Shown here: positions 49,326-63,022 of the stretch, one piece after another | How positions within the stretch are numbered: position 1 is the first letter of the stretch | Layout of the letters: each line of letters begins with the position of its first letter | From: Sphyrna mokarran | Taxonomy: Eukaryota | DNA length: 64,000 bases | Direction of reading: 5' to 3' | Assembly: GCA_024679065.1 (NCBI GenBank) | Contig: JAGIQG010000009.1 | Span: 55,490,001-55,554,000, forward strand | Made by a program: the position numbers and the translations under genes | Notes under the pieces: model-generated | What the model saw: the letters and a program-made list of their open reading frames with translations, nothing else | Databases searched by the model: none | What the model was told of the DNA's origin: nothing

Positions 49326-50552
49326 AGTTCTGCCTATTTGGCTTGGTATGCTATGTTGGCTGTGTGGGAAACACTCTGTTCTAACAATGGATTACAGAAC
49401 CCATTAGAAAAGAAAGCAACTTCAATGCTAAAAGCTGTATAAAGACCAATTTGTTTTAATGTTTGAAATTGCAGGAAAAGCACAGAAACCATTCAGTTAA
49501 GATCAGATAAAAATACTTCTAATGATTTGGAATAAGTGATAGGAACAATCTGAAATAAAGTTTGTTCTGTCCCTTTTAATGAAGATTTATTAATTAACAT
49601 AATCACTTTTGGTTATGCAAATTTTTCAACCCATTCAAAGGACTATACAAGCTTTCTAGGCAAGAGATTCCTCACTCTATATTCCATTTCTTCAAACAAT
49701 TTGCAGCTGGAAAGAAGAACTGAAACATTGTACAATAGCTAAGAATGCCATTGAGAGTTTCAGGTTGCATAATACTATTCAATAAAAACAAAATAATATG
49801 CTAGATGCATCCATGTACATATGAATGTTAACTACATGGCTAAAGCACTGATTTCACAGCCACAATGGGTTTCCATTCTTCATTTAGTTTTTTATATTTT
49901 TCTGAACACTATCAAGAAAGATAGATTTCTGGCTACATTTTACATGACCAAACTGAGTGTATTTATCAGTGCGGGAGACATAAAACAGGACTGGTGCATA
50001 TACCCCACCCCTCCCCATTGTCCCCCATCTTCCATCCATCCCCAAGCTCATCCCTATAAGCTGGGAGGTGGGCAGGCAGCCCATCCGCTACACTCAAATA
50101 GATAATCAAGGGTTAATTTGGCTTGTTGACCATGATAATGCATTGTCCATGCTATGAAGTGCTTGGCATGGGCAGTCAGATGGGTATGAGCAGATTTTTA
50201 TTCCTTAGCCTCTTAAATAACCTCTTCAAAGGGTGGGAAGGAAGTGGGACGATGTTCTAGGGCTGCCAAGTTTGGGGCTTTTGCCCAAGATAAAATGCTC
50301 CTTTCTTCTTGCTGGGCCACAGCCTTAGACTACCCTCCTCACTCTCCTCCCTGCCCTACTGAAACTGTCCCTTCCTGTGACCCCTGACTTATCTGTTTCT
50401 GGAGATCCAGGGACTTCCCTGTGTGCAGTCATGGCAGAGCCCAGAAATACAGTTTTGGCATGGCTATGACCGATGGAATGGCTGGCCAATCTGATTGGAT
50501 GGTAGCTCCTTTAGGTAGGATTTTTTTCCTAGTGAGGGATGGAAGTCTAGCT

Positions 50553-52130
50553 TGATGAAGTAGTATAAGAGCATCTGACATTGGAAGATTTAATAATGAA
50601 TTGGGAGATAGAACCAACAACAGGATGACGTAAAGAGACACAAGACTTGAGACTAGGATCAGTTGTGAACTGGACAGAGATCTATGTAGAAACAAACATG
50701 GAGTTAGCTCAAAGCTAACTATAAATGTACTCTATAATGTACAGAGCAATATGTTATCGATAAACAATGTTCAACTACACATTTACAACCTCTTTGTGCA
50801 ACTGACTGAACCTATAACATTTGACATGGTGGCAGCTAATGGAAAACCTCAGAAGCTGAAGCAGAAATTCAAAAGCTGGAAAATTAAAGAAGCAGCGTTT
50901 CTGACCCAATTGAAAGCACCTGAAGTGAAGTCACTGAGGCGACTGCCTGAAAGAAGCTCCACTGCAGAATTGGGAACAGAAAGAAAGAAGAAAAAGCTGA
51001 GGACTCTGCAAGATACCATGGAGATCCATTGTGGATGCTCACAAAGTGCAGAGCCTAAGATCCAAACAGGGGTGAGGAACATATTCAGTTCTAAGCCAGA
51101 ATTAGCTTTAGTAGCTTCAGTGCCTTTTAAAAAAAAGTCACAGCAGCCCATTTGTCAAAACACTGCACATAGTCGGGGTTTCAGAGTTTGTGCCATGTGG
51201 CGGCTGAACTTCCTGGAAGAAAAGAAAAAGAAGTGGAAGGGATAAAAACCTTTGTCAAAAACTGGAAATCAGTTGTAAAATGCCCCAAATTCCTTCAATA
51301 TTGCAGGGAAAGCCCAAGAATGATTGAATAAATTGCTGCACAAAAGTAAAGACAAAAGAGTCACATTACCATCATTTCAGGATCCTGGCAAAACACAAAT
51401 GTGAGAAGGTGCTTTAAAAGAAATTGATTACTGCAGTGCCATCTTTAAAAGCTGCTCAATATTTAAAGTTGTACTCACCCAAATTTTAAAGCAACCATGG
51501 ACAACAAATTAATATTACCAGAGCCATTTGCACTTATCCAAGGCCTAGACCAATACAAAATTGGGGACTTTGATGGAAAAGATTCTTGAGATCAATGATA
51601 GCTTCAGGTTTAAATAAACAGACAGAAGCTGAGTCATAGTAGATCCAAATGATTCAATGATATTATTATGAGGCAAGGTAAATTTGATAAAGTTCTATAA
51701 TCTGCCAACAGCACTGATTCATTTTACGTGGTAAAATCAAACCATGGCACAGAATGGCTCTAATTGTCCAACTAATGAAGCAACAAATGGGCAGAGACAC
51801 CAGACCAAGAAAGTTAATATCAAAACAGACTACAAGAGGGTAGGTGACCATGTCAGTGCTGTGGAGCCAAATGACACCTCAGGTAGGAGCGATGTCCAGC
51901 AATCTTACTACAGTATTTAAATTGCAACTGCCTGGGAGACTTTGGAAAATTATGCAAAGCTAAGAAAGACATGCAGATGGGCACAGCAATCCAGAAGGTT
52001 GAGGTACTAAACCAGGAAGTTTAGTACCTCAGGGTACTAAAGGAAGGTCAAGGATCCTGGATTCCCTTCATGGAACGCTGACATTTTGGTAAATGGCTAC
52101 TTTCCCCAACTTCAAATTGGACTCGGGAGT
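50553..52130 (+). mobile_element. Degenerate Gypsy-like LTR retrotransposon (5' LTR, PBS, decayed gag/pol)
   Basis: LTR-like TG...CA ending at 50826, immediately followed by TGGTGGCAGC (tRNA-Leu-type PBS); decayed ORF 50751-51245; right boundary uncertain. Confidence 0.55.
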
Positions 52131-52770
52131 CAGTGTTATGATCCTCTCAAATAAAGAAATGTGGTTGAGAGACCTTTGGCTCCAAACAGATACATGACTC
52201 TATGGGCCTGGAGAAATTTGTGGTTCTCGAAGCACTATAATATTCAAATTTAGATAAGTATTCAGAAAATAGATATTTTCTGATGTAATTTCATATTATT
52301 TTTTAAAAAGCAGAAGTATAACAATGTGTAAACAAAAAGCAAACTAAAACTGATCCTTCAAGTAAAACAATAACTTCCCTGTTCCTACACCCCAAAAACC
52401 CCTTTCAAAACTGCAGGCAAATCTAGGAAAATTATATTTAGTATCTGTTCTAATGAAAGCTTTAGATGCATAATTTTGCAAAAGGGTATATTTTTAGTTA
52501 GGACTCGAAGCAGGTATTACATTATAGAACAGGCTTAAACTTCATTAAAATGAATTACAAAGTACAAAAGAGACCGACCTTTTGACTCAAATAATTTTTG
52601 ATGGAGTTCATACTTTTTCCAGACTGTACCAGTTCCCTTGTCATCAAAGCTTATTGAATAAATCTTCCCTTTAAGTGTTCATCTAACCTTTCCTCAATTT
52701 AAGTTAGGTTTTAATTATCATTTCAACTTTATGTAAAAATGATTGAAAATAGATGCTGATTGTTACTTAC

Positions 52771-52899
52771 CAATACAAGGCCTTCCAACTCCCTGAGATC
52801 TGTAACCCCTTGGACAAACACAGCGATAGCTCCCTTGTGTATTTTCACAGATCTGGTTGTACCGACACTGATGGGTGCCATCTCTGCATTCATTGATAT
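52771..52899 (-). CDS. HMCN1: Hemicentin-1 exon (cbEGF 5)
   Basis: DINECRDGTHQCRYNQICENTQGSYRCVCPRGYRSQGVGRPCI; ttcag/gtaagt boundaries. Confidence 0.95.
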
Positions 52900-53796
52900 C
52901 TGAAGAGAAACATTTATCAAAACTGCACTAATGCATAACGTATCTTCTCAAGTTGTGCCTTGCTATGGATTTGGTTCCATTGCTCATTGAGAAGGCTACT
53001 GCACTTACTTCACATGAGAATAAGAAGTGTGCAAAATATTCAATTTAGTAACTGAAAAATACATCAAGGTCCGTCACAGGGTAAACAGAAAAAAATGCTC
53101 TCTGATAAATATTTTAAAAAAGACAAACATGACACTGCTATTGGGCACAAAACAATCATATGATTAAGATTATTTAACTTCATCTGATATAAACACATTA
53201 AATATAATTTAAAAAACAAAGCATTTGAGCACTGAGGATGACACATCACATATTCACCATACCTGCTCTTCCCAACATACATCGCCCACTTCATCAGTTA
53301 CTCATTTCCCCCATCTGAACCAAAGTGGAATGAGTGTACTCCATTAAATTTCCACTGCACCCACTTCAATTTGGGCAATTTTATATAGAATACTGATCTG
53401 TCAGAATTAAAGTATTATCAGTTATGTCACCAGCCCTCCAACTGTTAAAAGGAGGGATTTTCAACTGGCTACTCATTTCACATCATCACCATTGCCACCT
53501 CAATAACGTTATTTGAGTCCATCTCTGGCTTATCCATGTCTTTGTTACCTCTAAACTTGACTATTCCAATGATTGTCAGTCTCTCACATTCTACTTTTGT
53601 AAATTTGAGGCCAATCAAAATTCTATTGCCTGTGTCCTAGCCTATACCAAGATCTATTATCCAAGTGCTTGCTCTCCTTCAAGTTGTTTTTGTTGTTCAA
53701 AAAAATGGGAGACCAACCTAAGGAAATCTGACATACACTCATTTGTCTGGCTGAAATTGAGTTTCAGGTAAATCTTTAAATGATTTAATGATTTCT

Positions 53797-54318
53797 GGGT
53801 GCAGTTCTGGTTGCCTCACTACAGGAAGGACGTGGAAGCTATTGAAAGGGTGCAGAGGCGATTTACAAGGATGTTGCCTGGATTGGGAGGCATGCCTTAT
53901 GAAGACAGGTTGAGGGAGCTGGGACTGTTCTCCCTGGAGAGACGAAGGTTGAGAGGCGACCTGATAGAGGTTTACAAGATGTTGAGAGGAATAGATAGGG
54001 TGGACTCTCAGAGACTATTTCCCAGGGCTGAAATGGTCGCGACGAGAGGGCACAGATTTAAGGTGCAGGGAAGCAAGTACAGAGGGGATGCTAGGGGAAA
54101 GTTTTTCACTCAGAGGGTGGTGAGTGAATGGAATCGGCTGCCGTCGGTGGTGGTCGAGGCGAACTCGCTGGGGTCTTTTAAAAGACTTCTGGATGAGTAT
54201 ATGGGATCCAATGGGATTGGGGGTTATAGATAGGTCTATGGCTGGGTAGGTTTTGATGTGTTCGGCACAACTTGTGGGCCGAAGGGCCTGTTTGTGCTGT
54301 AGTGTTCTATGTTCTATG
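53797..54318 (+). mobile_element. Young 5'-truncated CR1 LINE 3' end
   Basis: Uninterrupted ORF VQFWLPHYRKDVEAIERVQRRFTRMLPG...LERRRLRGDLIEVYK; CpGs retained; (TTCTATG)n tail. Confidence 0.95.
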
Positions 54319-54942
54319 AACATCCAACACATCTTTACTCTCCTCCAAACAAAATCTACGTAGGAAGCTAAATATCCAAATAGTATTCTTACTTCTGCTG
54401 TATGGTCCTGAGGGCAATTTTCATATAGAAATAGTGTATGGTCACTGTGGATGGGACTACATGACACCCATTTAATGTCCAACTATAAAATCTCTTCCAA
54501 TATTTTTTAATGGACTGTGATATGAATGGCCTACTCTAGGGTAACACTGTATAATCATCATTATAGGAGATGATTTCTTTCTTGGATGCCATCTTAACAC
54601 TTAAACACAATCAAACAAATAGCATAGATGAACTTAGGAAGAGGACATTAATTTACATTTCTTCTTGCTGATTGCGATTTAATTCCTGAATTGTTGCAAT
54701 ATGTTAAAGTTTAGTACTTGATCTTTGGTTTTGTATCCCATCTCTATAATAACAGACTATGGTAACTTATTTTTAGGTATTAATAGTTCTATACTGACAC
54801 AATACTGCACATATTATGGGTTTAATATGGTTCTTCATTAATTTGAATCCTCTTACTTGAGAAAAATAATCTCTTGACAAATAATCAGTAAACATATCTA
54901 TTAATGCAGAAATGAGAATGATCTGCACTGTTTTCAACCTAC

Positions 54943-55068
54943 CAATGCAACTTCCATTTTCAGCTTTGGTCATTCCAGTAGGACACAGATCAATGCATCT
55001 GAATCCGCCTCGCGTGTTCTTACATTGCTGGTCAGCTTGACATACGTTCTGTCTGCACTCATTGATAT
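54943..55068 (-). CDS. HMCN1: Hemicentin-1 exon (cbEGF 4)
   Basis: DINECRQNVCQADQQCKNTRGGFRCIDLCPTGMTKAENGSCI. Confidence 0.95.
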
Positions 55069-55379
55069 CTAACAATAAAATGCAGAGCAAGTGTTTCAGT
55101 TGATGAACTTTGATGGCTTTAATACAGCTTCTTTGTGCAATCCACACTATTGGATTTATATTAAATGATTCATGATGTTTTAAAATTTAAATATTTGTAG
55201 CGTATTTACATAAAACTGATGATGTACATTTCTTTTTCAATTTGTTGACAAATTGGAAAAAATCATTACTCAAGTCATGTTCACTGAGACAGTGAAGGAT
55301 TACATTGCATATGATTATGAAGCAGATTGCTTAAATTATGTTTGACATCAGGTTTACATAGCCTGTTCATTGTACCTAC

Positions 55380-55493
55380 CCACACATCTTCTACCTCGTA
55401 GTTGATAACCTCGATTGCATACACACCGGTAACTCCCAATGGTATTCAGACAGCGATGTTGACATGGATTAGATTCTTGGCATTCATTGATGT
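55380..55493 (-). CDS. HMCN1: Hemicentin-1 exon (cbEGF 3)
   Basis: [38 protein letters not shown]; gtag/gtagg boundaries. Confidence 0.95.
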
Positions 55494-56312
55494 CTACCAG
55501 ATAGAAAATATTAATGATAGTTTGTATAATCAAGCTTGCATACCTTGCCTTTCCAAAAGGCTAATTTGCATTTATTTACAAAGATCCCAAAGTCATCACA
55601 AGTGAATAACCATAAAGAAATCACTAATTCTGGAGTTGAAGCTTATGGAATTGAGGACCAATTATTGTTCTGGTTAGGAAAATGGCTCAGTGAAAAGAGA
55701 TAAAGGCAGGCCGTGTTAGGGTCTGAACTATCTGGGTATCACTGGCTGGTCCAGCATTTACTGCCCCTCTCTAATTGCTCTTCTGATGGTTGTGGTGAGC
55801 TGCCTTCTTGAACCACTGCAGTCCATGTGAATGACAGTGCTGTAAAGGAGGGAGTTCGTAACTTTTTACCGTATTCATCAACTGAAACGATGGAACGGAA
55901 AGCCCAGATGAGATTTTTAGACCTCTGTTAGAGTAGACTTAGACTAGTTGGGTGTAAAAGTAATACCACCGGTGGGCATGTCATTTCTCTGGTTCTGTCT
56001 TGTTCCCCGAGCTACTTTCCCAGAGTAGAAATGGTATTTCATTTTGTCCAAACTGTTTACAGGCTAACCCGCACTATCCATACTCTCCTTTTTTGTCAAT
56101 TTAGAAAGTGCTCTTGTTAAATGAATTACATAGTCCTGAATGAATTATTAGCATGAAATGATGATTGTGGCCATTCAGGCTTCCCTCCCTCTCCAACCCA
56201 CACTCCCTTGCATCTTTGATTTTTCTTCATCCATGCATGTGCTATGAAAAAATACCAGAATATTCCTCAACTCATTTCAAGAAACATAAAGCTTTTGGAA
56301 CAGCAACAATAC

Positions 56313-56447
56313 CTTGACAACTTAATCCCTCGAGTGTTCGTCTAAAACCAATGCCACATCTCACTACACAGCGAAATGAACCAATGGTATTTTCACAGTC
56401 TTGTCCAGCATGACATGTATGACCATCTAAAGTGCACTCATCGACAT
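56313..56447 (-). CDS. HMCN1: Hemicentin-1 exon (cbEGF 2)
   Basis: DVDECTLDGHTCHAGQDCENTIGSFRCVVRCGIGFRRTLEGLSCQ. Confidence 0.95.
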
Positions 56448-57004
56448 CTGAAGAAATAATGACCAGAAATTGGTTTTTACATTCTATTAAATCAGGTGAA
56501 AAGAGTTCAGATTGTCTGTTTAGGGTCAGTCAAATTTTAGAATACTTAGAAATTCAGGGAGTATTTCTATTTAATTGTGGTTCTAAAACTTTTGTCATTG
56601 GTCTTTACATTTCAAACCATGACTAAAAGCTACTATTGAACAATACTGTGATAATGCTGGGGAATGGAATGTCTTCCCACATTTTGTCCTGTCAATCAGT
56701 ATGAAATACTCACATACCAACTGTACCAGTGGAACCCTGGATAATGGGCTAGCAATTAAAATAGGCAATTTTCTCTCTAACCTATCTTAGAAATATTCCT
56801 CTAGGCTTTAGAAGATCATCTTCTATTGTCCCACTGAATTATTCCAGTGATAGATGCTGGCAATTCGAATGATTATTTGCTGTTTACATTCCCAGTGAGA
56901 ACTGCATTTGGAGAGACAAATTTGAGACTTCAGCCTATTATCCTTGGCTTTATTCCAATCCAAACTCCAGAAATGATTTGATGTCTAATCACACATTTTG
57001 GGGT

Positions 57005-57105
57005 CTGGCGAAAAGTCATTGACCTAAAATGTTAGTCCTACCTTTCTCTCTCTGCAGGTATTGCCCTGACCTACTGAGTACTCCCACCAATTTTGTTTTA
57101 ATTGC
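57005..57105 (+). mobile_element. Penelope-type terminal-repeat remnant with a heavily decayed hammerhead core
   Basis: CTGGCGA-aaagtca-ttgacct-AAAA-tgtt followed by ctctctctgcaggtattgccctgacctactgagtactcc. Confidence 0.45.
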
Positions 57106-58097
57106 TAATACATTGGCTGGGATGCTACTTAATGGAGCAACAGTCAGGAGACTGACTTTGACCAACCTCTCCAAATCCACCCTAACCTTGAACTACTTTG
57201 CTGAATTGGACATCATTTGTGATGTACAGTTGGTTCCTGGCATGATTTCCATTGCCAGAAGGGGGCCCAACAAGATACAGAGAACAATCCAAGTAGTGGT
57301 GCAGTGGCACTGAAATACTGTGGGAACACTTAAAGAGGCAGAAGCCTCAGGAAACATGTATAAGACTCCCAATAAAGCCTTCATCAAAATGGATATACTA
57401 AGCAACGGTACTGAGCTTGAACTAAAGGTCAGGAAGCTATTACAAAACCCCTTCCCTCCATTTATGAATCTCGAGGTCTTTAGCATACTTTCTGGGGTTT
57501 ACCAACTTCTTCCATATCACTGCCTTTGCAAGTGGTGAAGGAGGCAGATGAAGGGAAAATCCTCTGCGGATTTCAGACCTGTTCCCTTGTTTCACTTGCT
57601 GTGACAAATGGAGAAAGAACAGTTTTTAATGGAGCTTTTCTTTGCTGAGGAAGGGAAATTCAGTTTATGGCAGTATGGTGACATTAGGCTTCACTAACTA
57701 CACTTTGTATCATTCTCTGTCATAAATTTAAGGTGTGAGTTCAGAGGATGATCAGGCCTGTTGCAGCACTCAACCATCTGTGCACATTAAAAGTTATTTA
57801 ATGTCGCAGTGCCTCAATTGTAGTCAATGTAGATCTGAGAATTGGACTTGTGTGTGTACATATATCTTATATATCAGTAAATATTTATTTTAATTGAAAC
57901 CAAAACCAATTAATCCATTTGGACTATTTAAATATATTTATAACCATTTTTAATTAAAATTTTTTTATTTCTTTCAAGAAGCTACACTCTTAATTTGTTC
58001 AAAGAATTTTGCCACAAATTTCTAGAAAGTTTGCTTAAGAATTAATCCTTGTGCTGAATGTTGATTTAAAATTTTATTCAGTAGAAATTCAATGCAC

Positions 58098-58217
58098 CTT
58101 GACAGGTTCTTCCATCAGCAGATATGGTGAAACCTTTTGGGCACGAACAGTAATATGTTCCCATTGCATTGTGGCATAAATGAGAGCAGGGCTTCCGAAA
58201 GGCACATTCATCTTCAT
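58098..58217 (-). CDS. HMCN1: Hemicentin-1 exon (cbEGF 1)
   Basis: DEDECAFRKPCSHLCHNAMGTYYCSCPKGFTISADGRTCQ. Confidence 0.95.
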
Positions 58218-58327
58218 CTGTATTGAATCACAAAAAGTTTTAAACAAGGTTTTATGTCAATTGTTTTATAGGAGAAGTATTTGTAAAAAATAACATGCTC
58301 GGTTTTGAATGAAAGTACTCTACTCAC

Positions 58328-58390
58328 CTGAACAATAGGGCCCAACTGAATCCAAAGCAAAACCATTTGGGCACTGGTTACTACGGTCAC
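58328..58390 (-). CDS. HMCN1: Hemicentin-1 short exon (63 nt)
   Basis: GDRSNQCPNGFALDSVGPYCS; cacag/gtgagt boundaries. Confidence 0.93.
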
Positions 58391-58547
58391 CTGTGTTGAG
58401 CAAATAACTGTTACTCTGTATTTAAGCACTTGTAGCCACAGCTTTCTCCTTGCTGATATGTTACTTCAGCCAAGTTAACAGCTTACTAATTACAAGTCCT
58501 AAATCCTACAATGGCAATAAATTTCGTATAAGATCTCTTTTCATTAC

Positions 58548-58785
58548 CTTTAGTGATGATAGCATGAATCTTGTATTCTAGAATTTCATCCATTGGGCTG
58601 TATTCTGCTGCAATGGACGTGGCATGGAGTGTCTCTACTAAGTATGGCATTCGGCCTCGATTAGGACTATATGTAATGGTGTGATTCCAAGAATATGGTA
58701 CACTGGCATCATCTACTGTAAACATCCTGGTAGAGTAGGCATAAATCTGACCTGGTCCAATCTGAATGTAGTCTTCTGTGTAATC
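58548..58785 (-). CDS. HMCN1: Hemicentin-1 exon (G2/nidogen domain)
   Basis: DYTEDYIQIGPGQIYAYSTRMFTVDDASVPYSWNHTITY...KIHAIITK. Confidence 0.95.
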
Positions 58786-60082
58786 CTGAACACATCATAA
58801 AATTACATGAAATTACAATGTTTTCATTTTTCCTCTATATATAAAAGTTATGATATTTATATGGAGTTGTGGTGGGTGACCAACAATACATTGACCTTGC
58901 TTTCTGAACTATGCTACATAATGGCTCAAGGATGTAGAAAAAAATAATGGACAGTTAATAATGCATGCCATCATTAATGTACAAATTAGCCAGCAATTCA
59001 TAATGAGATATCCTATGAATTGGAAATCATCATTGGTTGCTGGCCAACTTGCGCACTCTGTTACTGACCGTGCAAAAATGGTATCTTGTCCTTAAACTTC
59101 CTTTAATTTTCATGAAGTTGCAGCATTGGCACATTAACTATCCATTAAACTTGACAAAGGAAGTTAAATCTTAACTAACAGTGCAAACACCCTTTTAAGA
59201 ACATAATGATTGCTAATGATGGACAATCAACTTCTCAAAGTAAACAACTGTAAGTGCAGACTAGATTCTCATTCCTTCAGGTTGTGAAATATTATTGGAG
59301 ATAGAAAAATGCCAAATTTGAAGTTTTAAAAAAAAAATTGATTTTTTAAAATTTTTTAATTGATTCCTTGCCTTTCTCTTTATTTCCTTCTCTGATTTGA
59401 CATTAGTATCACATATTTTTAGTTCACGCTCCAATACTTCCTATGTTTACTTTGCAATCCTTTATTTAAGGGGTGCACATTTTACGCTGATGCTCATCAA
59501 GATCCCAGATATGTTGATGATCTTACCAGACCTTAGTCAGCTCACACTTCTGGCAATTTTGTGGGCAAAAACATTTAAAACCTAGTCTTACAGTAATAAA
59601 TCTATCAAGATGCCCTGCTAGATGCTCCAGTTTAGCAAAATCTGAGTCAATACAAGAATATTTAAATACTGGATAATGATGATATGAGGTTTGATGAGGA
59701 CTAGCATGTGACTGGTTTGTTTCATATATATGCACATACACATTTGGTCACCAGAGGTTAGAGCTATTTATAAAGCAGCAGGGCTTTTTGCATGCATGCA
59801 TGCATTCAGATCTTTACAGAAACTGTACAAGCAGAATCCTTTATTAACAAACAGTATGATACCACAGCAACTCTAAAAAGCACTTACTCATTGACTGTCT
59901 ATAATATATGAAATTAAGTTTGGGCTTCAATAAGACTTCTGGCTTTAAAATTGGAGCATGCATTGTCAAGCACACAAGCATGGTAGACCTTCATACCTTA
60001 AAATGTGCCAGTACTGAGATTTGGGTGGAAATCTGCATGCATTTCAACCTACATTTTTTTTTAAAAGACATTCTTATAGTAC

Positions 60083-60204
60083 CTTAACATTAAGGTTTAC
60101 GGATGATGGTAGTTGCAGCACATATCCATTCACCACAATGTCCAGTAATAGTGCCCCATCTGAGTCCACGCCTCTAGCAATGTGCGTCATTCGTAGTATC
60201 TCTC
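60083..60204 (-). CDS. HMCN1: Hemicentin-1 exon (G2 domain)
   Basis: GEILRMTHIARGVDSDGALLLDIVVNGYVLQLPSSVNLNVK. Confidence 0.95.
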
Positions 60205-62156
60205 CTAGAAACCACAGCGGCCAAACCAAAAAGAATTCTCACTCATGCAGCTGTGCTATTATCAATGTTCCACTGTGTGGCATTGAATTCAGTGCTAAGA
60301 GATTACAGGACATAAATACATAAAAAATGCTGGGTACTAACACTCTGGCATGGGGGTCTTATTCAAAGTTTTTTTTAAAAATATTGTGTTTATTGGCATT
60401 TTCATTGTCTTTATAATTAATTCACTGCTCCTGGTATATTTTAAAATTAATAAATATAACATTACCTATTACCAAAATCTTGATAATTGCTTTTGCTTTA
60501 AAAATTCAACATTTTCACTTCACAAATTCTTTATCAGGACAGTGGTTTCCAGCTGGAGACTCCAAGGCTGTGTGCAGCTCCTCAGTGTCAAGGGGATCCC
60601 TTGATACTGAAGAAATTCCTATTTGTACTTAGATTTTGTTACATGGTTCTGTTTGCATTCTGAGAATCTATATAAAACTTATTATGTAATAGCTTTTACG
60701 TATTATTGCTGGAATGATGGAATCTGTCAGTAGCAATGTGCAATAGACACAATTTAATGGGAATAACATTTTGATGTTATGTGTGACTCTCACACCCCAT
60801 GGTATGCATAGATGATACATTGCTTTGAAAGGATAGGAGTAAGGGATAGTGAAATACAACACACCTGAAATTCTGTGGGGTTTTATTTTTGTCTCATGCT
60901 GTTTCCAGCCATTTCTGTTGAAGTTTTTTTTATATCAGTATCCTGGCAGTGGGAAACCATTAGTGGAATTGTAGGGCACACATAAGCCACTGTTACAAAA
61001 ATATACCTGATGTAAAGATGCCGGCGTTGGATTGGGGTGGTAAGAAGGTGTTGCTAAATTCTTACTGAGCAAAAATATACCAACATGTCCCTTGGTAGGT
61101 TGCAAATCAAAATCAGGCTTTGGCTGTGGGAAGATCATTCTGGCTTAGTATTAAATTTGTATTCAATGAAATGTGATCTTGGGAGTATAATGATATGTTA
61201 GTCTCAAGTTAAAATTGATTTTATCTGATTACCTCATGAATGTCCCATTTAATGGTTGAGATTTCATCTCTGTTGTTTTTTAATGCGTTAAATAAGATGT
61301 TCATGTAAAATTTTGATTGTGTTGCTTTTAATTCAGTTGTTGCCCTCTTTAAAATAAAGAGTGTTCAGATGGTAGAAGCAGGAATTTAATACAAGTGTGT
61401 TTAACCCCAGCACAAAAAGAGTGCACAGCACCTTAAAAATTTGGTGGCAATAATTCGCAATTTCTGACAATGTTTTTATAATGACTCATGAAAACAGCTA
61501 GAGAAAATTACTGATAAGGTTTCAATATTTAGTTTTTAACATTATGTAACATGCACATTTAATAGCTAGCATCATCATTTCTCTATATGTTATTGCAAAC
61601 TCAATGCCACTTGATCAAGTCTGGAGTTTTCATTTTAATAAAAAAGTTGAGCTGTTCGAAATATGATAGTTTTTTTTAATAAGAAAATCTGGGTTGAAGT
61701 CATGTCATGTTACAGTAAGAAACAAGTAAACAGGTTTATATATGATTCCTTTGTTCTACAGCTTAAAGCTGTTAACTCTTTACAATTATTTTTAAATATG
61801 TTAACAAATTCATTACAATAGCACAGAAACACATTTTATACAACCCAATTCCAAAAACTGATTTCAAGATATTTGTGTTTAACTGGAAAGTATGTTCCCC
61901 TAACATAAATGTCAACATTAAAAGGCAAAAGAAAAATATTCTACAGTGGCCACGCAGCATGTTTTAGAGGAAACAGCAGGGGAGGATGCTCCCTGTTGTG
62001 AAAAATTGTCCGATGTGTAAATACTTTACAAAAAATGTTTTTGATTTGCAACAAAACCCTGTTCTTAAAAAAACTTAAAAAAATTACTTGTGCATTAATC
62101 TCCTTCCAATTTTCATGTGTAATGAAATGATTTAAAGTAACAGATTCATAACTAAC

Positions 62157-62294
62157 CAGTGGCAAACTCGACTTGTGTCTCCCGTCTGAATACCCCTTCT
62201 GTAAGAGAGTATCCATTAACTGCTTCCCCAATTTCTTTTGCAGTTGTCCAATAAATGGGATTTAGGATTGAGATGAGTTTCCTCATGGCAGGGC
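62157..62294 (-). CDS. HMCN1: Hemicentin-1 exon (G2 domain)
   Basis: [46 protein letters not shown]. Confidence 0.95.
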
Positions 62295-62872
62295 CTAGAA
62301 AAAAAAACAATGAAGTACTCAATACTTGTCATAAAACAATCTATACTTGGAAGTTATAAAGCACCAACCATGTCAACAGTTTTTTCATTATATATTTTGT
62401 GAACCCAATAATCCAGAATATTTAGATATGGGGACAGATCAGTGAATGCACACTGCAAGCCTTTGAGCTGTAAACAAAAGATTCAGCTCATTTGGCTCAT
62501 GAGAGAATTACAAAGTAAGAGGTTATGACACTCCCTGCATGCCCAAATACATTATAAAATAATTAAGGAGTTCTCTGGCATTGTTAGAATAGTAAGATGA
62601 CTTCCTGCACCTGGTAGCTCAAGAAAAGTGTTAAAATTACAAGCTTAGGTGCTATCCCCTTCCCATGGCTACTGATGAAAATTAAGCATTTCTGTCCCTC
62701 ATTTCTTTATTTCCTAATTTCTTCTATTTTCAAGGTTTTTCTGTTTTAATAACATTTCACTTTTTATTAAAACCCAGATTCTGAAGATGAAGCCCACAGA
62801 GAAGCCCACACGCTTCAGTCATGTATATGTCTGGAAAAGGTTGAGTTGATGAATCAAGTACTAAGCACTTAC

Positions 62873-63022
62873 CAATGCTCCTTGGTATATTTGAGATTTG
62901 TGCTTTTATAACTTGCGTACCAGTTTCTGGGCTGTCAAACACTGTAGCATTCAGTAAAGCAATACCAAATTCCACATTGTTAATATTTCCTATAACACTT
63001 CCTCTGGCACGCTGAGGACCAC
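62873..63022 (-). CDS. HMCN1: Hemicentin-1 exon (start of G2 domain)
   Basis: GGPQRARGSVIGNINNVEFGIALLNATVFDSPETGTQVIKAQISNIPRSI; tttcag/gtaagt boundaries. Confidence 0.95.

Larger units (their letters stand above)
35845..63022 (-). other. HMCN1: Hemicentin-1 gene, 3' portion (14 coding exons; gene continues beyond the right end of the window)
   Basis: Exons join in frame (2300 nt): G2 domain, 8 cbEGF repeats, fibulin C-terminus ending YIAVSAYPY. Confidence 0.95.

Noticed and set aside
58385-58551. KGD integrin-like motif formed across an HMCN1 exon junction
   Set aside because: Three-residue motif, recalled to be present in the human protein too; nothing novel
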